DNA of 24,000 nucleotides from Patescibacteria group bacterium (GTDB lineage Bacteria; Patescibacteriota; Minisyncoccia; Phycocordibacterales; DATDSR01): the NCBI GenBank assembly GCA_038062165.1, contig JBBTXQ010000052.1, positions 11,748-35,747 of the forward strand. Reading direction: 5' to 3'. The notes under the pieces are model-generated. The model saw only the letters and a list, made by a program, of their open reading frames with translations. It did not search any database and was not told the DNA's origin. Below are positions 22,462 to 24,000 of the stretch, piece after piece. Made by a program: the position numbers and the translations under genes. Position 1 is the first letter of the stretch. Each line of letters opens with the position of its first letter.

Positions 22462-24000
22462 CTAAATCTTATTTTTTAGCAAAACTATTTCGTCTCTCAA
22501 GATCGCGGCGGTCTCGAAATCGAGCTTCTTGACTGCTTCGTTCATTTCTTTTTCTTTTTGCCTAATTACTTTTGAAGGGTTGCTGGCTAGGAGCTCACGA
22601 TCGAGGGCTAGGACCATCTCGGCGGATTTCTCACGTTCGCGTTCCATGTTCTCCATAATGTCATGCACTTTCTTAGTGATCGTGACCGGCGTAATGCCAT
22701 GTTTGAGATTATATGCAACCTGGATTGCGCGCCTGCGGTTAGTCTCGTCTATTGCCCGCTTCATTGAGCCGGTTACTTGATCAGCGTATAGGATCACCCT
22801 GCCCTCTACATTGCGTGCCGCACGACCGATTGTTTGAATTAGTGAAGTTTCAGAACGCAGAAAGCCTTCTTTATCAGCATCCAGAATGCCGATCAGTGCA
22901 ACTTCGGGCAGATCAAGTCCCTCGCGAAGTAAATTCACGCCCACTATCACATCAAATTTGCCCTGCCTAAATTCACGCAGGATCTTGATGCGCTCAAGAG
23001 TTTTAATTTCGCTGTGCAGATATTCAGACTTAATTCCCTTTTCTTTTAAGTACACGCTTAAGTCCTCGGCCATTTTCTTGGTTAACGTAGTTGCTATTAC
23101 CCTGAACCCCTTCGCTATCACGCCCTTTGCCTCGCTAATCAAATCCGGGATTTGCTCGCGGCAAGGCTTAATCACGAGTTCTGGATCTATCAAGCCCGTT
23201 GGTCTGATTATCTGCTCTACTATCCCACTTGGGACCTTAGATCCCAAGTTAAGTTCATACTTGCCGGGTGTGGCTGATGTGTAGATCACCTGCCCCACCC
23301 TCTCTTCGAATTCGTCAAACTTCAGCGGCCTGTTATCAAGAGCGCTCGGTAACCTAAAGCCATGTTCTATCAACACCCTCTTTCTACTCTCATCGCCGGC
23401 GTACATGCCAGAAATCTGCGGCACTGTCACATGCGACTCGTCAATTATTGTTAGGAACTGGGGCTCGCCCCGCGGAGCTCCCTTCGTGGGAGCAGAGTGG
23501 GGGAAATAAGATAGTAACGTGTCAGGGGCAGAGCCGGGCTCGCGACCAGATAGGTGTCGCGAGTAGTTCTCGATGCCAGAGCAATATCCCACTTCTTTGA
23601 TCATAGCCAAATCATAGTTTGTTCTGCGCTTCAGCCTATCTGCTTCAAGCAACTTGCCTTCCCTCTCAAAATATTTTAATCTCTCGTTTAATTCTTCTTT
23701 AATAGACTTGACTGCGCGTTTCTGTTGGGTGGGCGTAGTGATAAAGTGCTTAGCGGGAAATAAGAAAACATTTTGCAACTCGCATTCAACTACTGAACTC
23801 ACGGGATTTATTTTCTCTATCTTATTAATACCCTGCGCATTGAAGTGAATTTGGTAAACATAAGTTTCTGATACGGGCATGATCTCGACCGATCCGCCGA
23901 TAGCCCTAAACGTGCCGGAGGTCAGGTCCGCATTAGTGCGAGTGTAAAAAATGCTAATCAGCTTTCGCAGAATTTCATTCCTGCTCAACTTATCTCCCAC
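22462..24000 (-). CDS. uvrB: excinuclease ABC subunit B (partial, N-terminus outside the window)
   Basis: IIDESHVT, GFRLPSALDNRPL, helicase C motifs (GVNLLREGLDLPEV, QTIGRAARN) and a C-terminal UVR domain (LDFETAAILRDEI). Confidence 0.95.
   Translation of the reverse strand: MGDKLSRNEILRKLISIFYTRTNADLTSGTFRAIGGSVEIMPVSETYVYQIHFNAQGINKIEKINPVSSVVECELQNVFLFPAKHFITTPTQQKRAVKSIKEELNERLKYFEREGKLLEADRLKRRTNYDLAMIKEVGYCSGIENYSRHLSGREPGSAPDTLLSYFPHSAPTKGAPRGEPQFLTIIDESHVTVPQISGMYAGDESRKRVLIEHGFRLPSALDNRPLKFDEFEERVGQVIYTSATPGKYELNLGSKVPSGIVEQIIRPTGLIDPELVIKPCREQIPDLISEAKGVIAKGFRVIATTLTKKMAEDLSVYLKEKGIKSEYLHSEIKTLERIKILREFRQGKFDVIVGVNLLREGLDLPEVALIGILDADKEGFLRSETSLIQTIGRAARNVEGRVILYADQVTGSMKRAIDETNRRRAIQVAYNLKHGITPVTITKKVHDIMENMEREREKSAEMVLALDRELLASNPSKVIRQKEKEMNEAVKKLDFETAAILRDEIVLLKNKI
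23460..23493. repeat. GC-rich hairpin-forming in-frame insertion in uvrB
   Basis: GGGGC-TC-GCCCC (23460-71) and GCTCCC-TTCGT-GGGAGC (23477-93). They encode part of HSAPTKGAPRGEPQ just before the DESH box. Confidence 0.65.

Noticed and set aside
1-24000. An alternative genetic code (UGA recoding, as in some CPR lineages)
   Set aside because: Long conserved genes are intact under the standard code, and TGA is used as a genuine stop (for example 3516-3518 and 14942-14944).
1-24000. A CRISPR array, IS element or transposase, integrase, prophage or known defence system
   Set aside because: There are no regularly spaced direct repeats and no transposase, integrase or phage-like ORFs. The only mobile-like signals are the short intragenic repeats, the inverted-repeat element at 17839-17987 and the endonuclease-like ORF.

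Overview
This is 24 kb of a compact, fairly AT-rich bacterial chromosome. Almost all genes are on the minus strand and are core housekeeping. Order: alaS (5' part, absent from the ORF track, found by manual translation), mnmA, DEDDh exonuclease, mltG, TM protein, sigma-r4/HARE-HTH protein, leuS, membrane protein, ychF. Then a small GC-rich plus-strand gene, murA, tRNA-Ala(GGC), an HTH/LAGLIDADG-like ORF, a GC-rich small secreted-protein ORF, an acylphosphatase::uppS fusion and tRNA-Val. Then tRNA-Pro, tRNA-Ala(CGC) and a HAD hydrolase on the plus strand. Then a yjdF-like gene, tRNA-Ala(UGC), ddl, uvrC, uvrA, a membrane-anchored protein, a large structured RNA, a 2-TM protein (+) and uvrB (partial). 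The trimmed proteins (short UvrC, UvrA without insertion domain, short YchF) and the gene content suggest a reduced Patescibacteria/CPR-like genome; this is inference only. I saw no CRISPR array, IS element, prophage or rRNA, and no recognisable defence system. Three things deserve a second look. (1) Conserved housekeeping genes (alaS, mnmA, leuS, murA, uvrA, uvrB, uvrC) carry short GC-rich palindromic or heptamer-repeat insertions that stay in frame. One 20-21 nt palindrome is shared by three unrelated genes, and several insertions split well-known conserved motifs. (2) A roughly 350-nt GC-rich, tetraloop-dense RNA candidate at 21312-21663 has its own promoter and terminator and matches no RNA class I can recognise. 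(3) Several GC-rich islands sit in the AT-rich backbone: two small orphan genes, a structured element upstream of uvrC, and a homing-endonuclease-like ORF that reads without a stop into tRNA-Ala.
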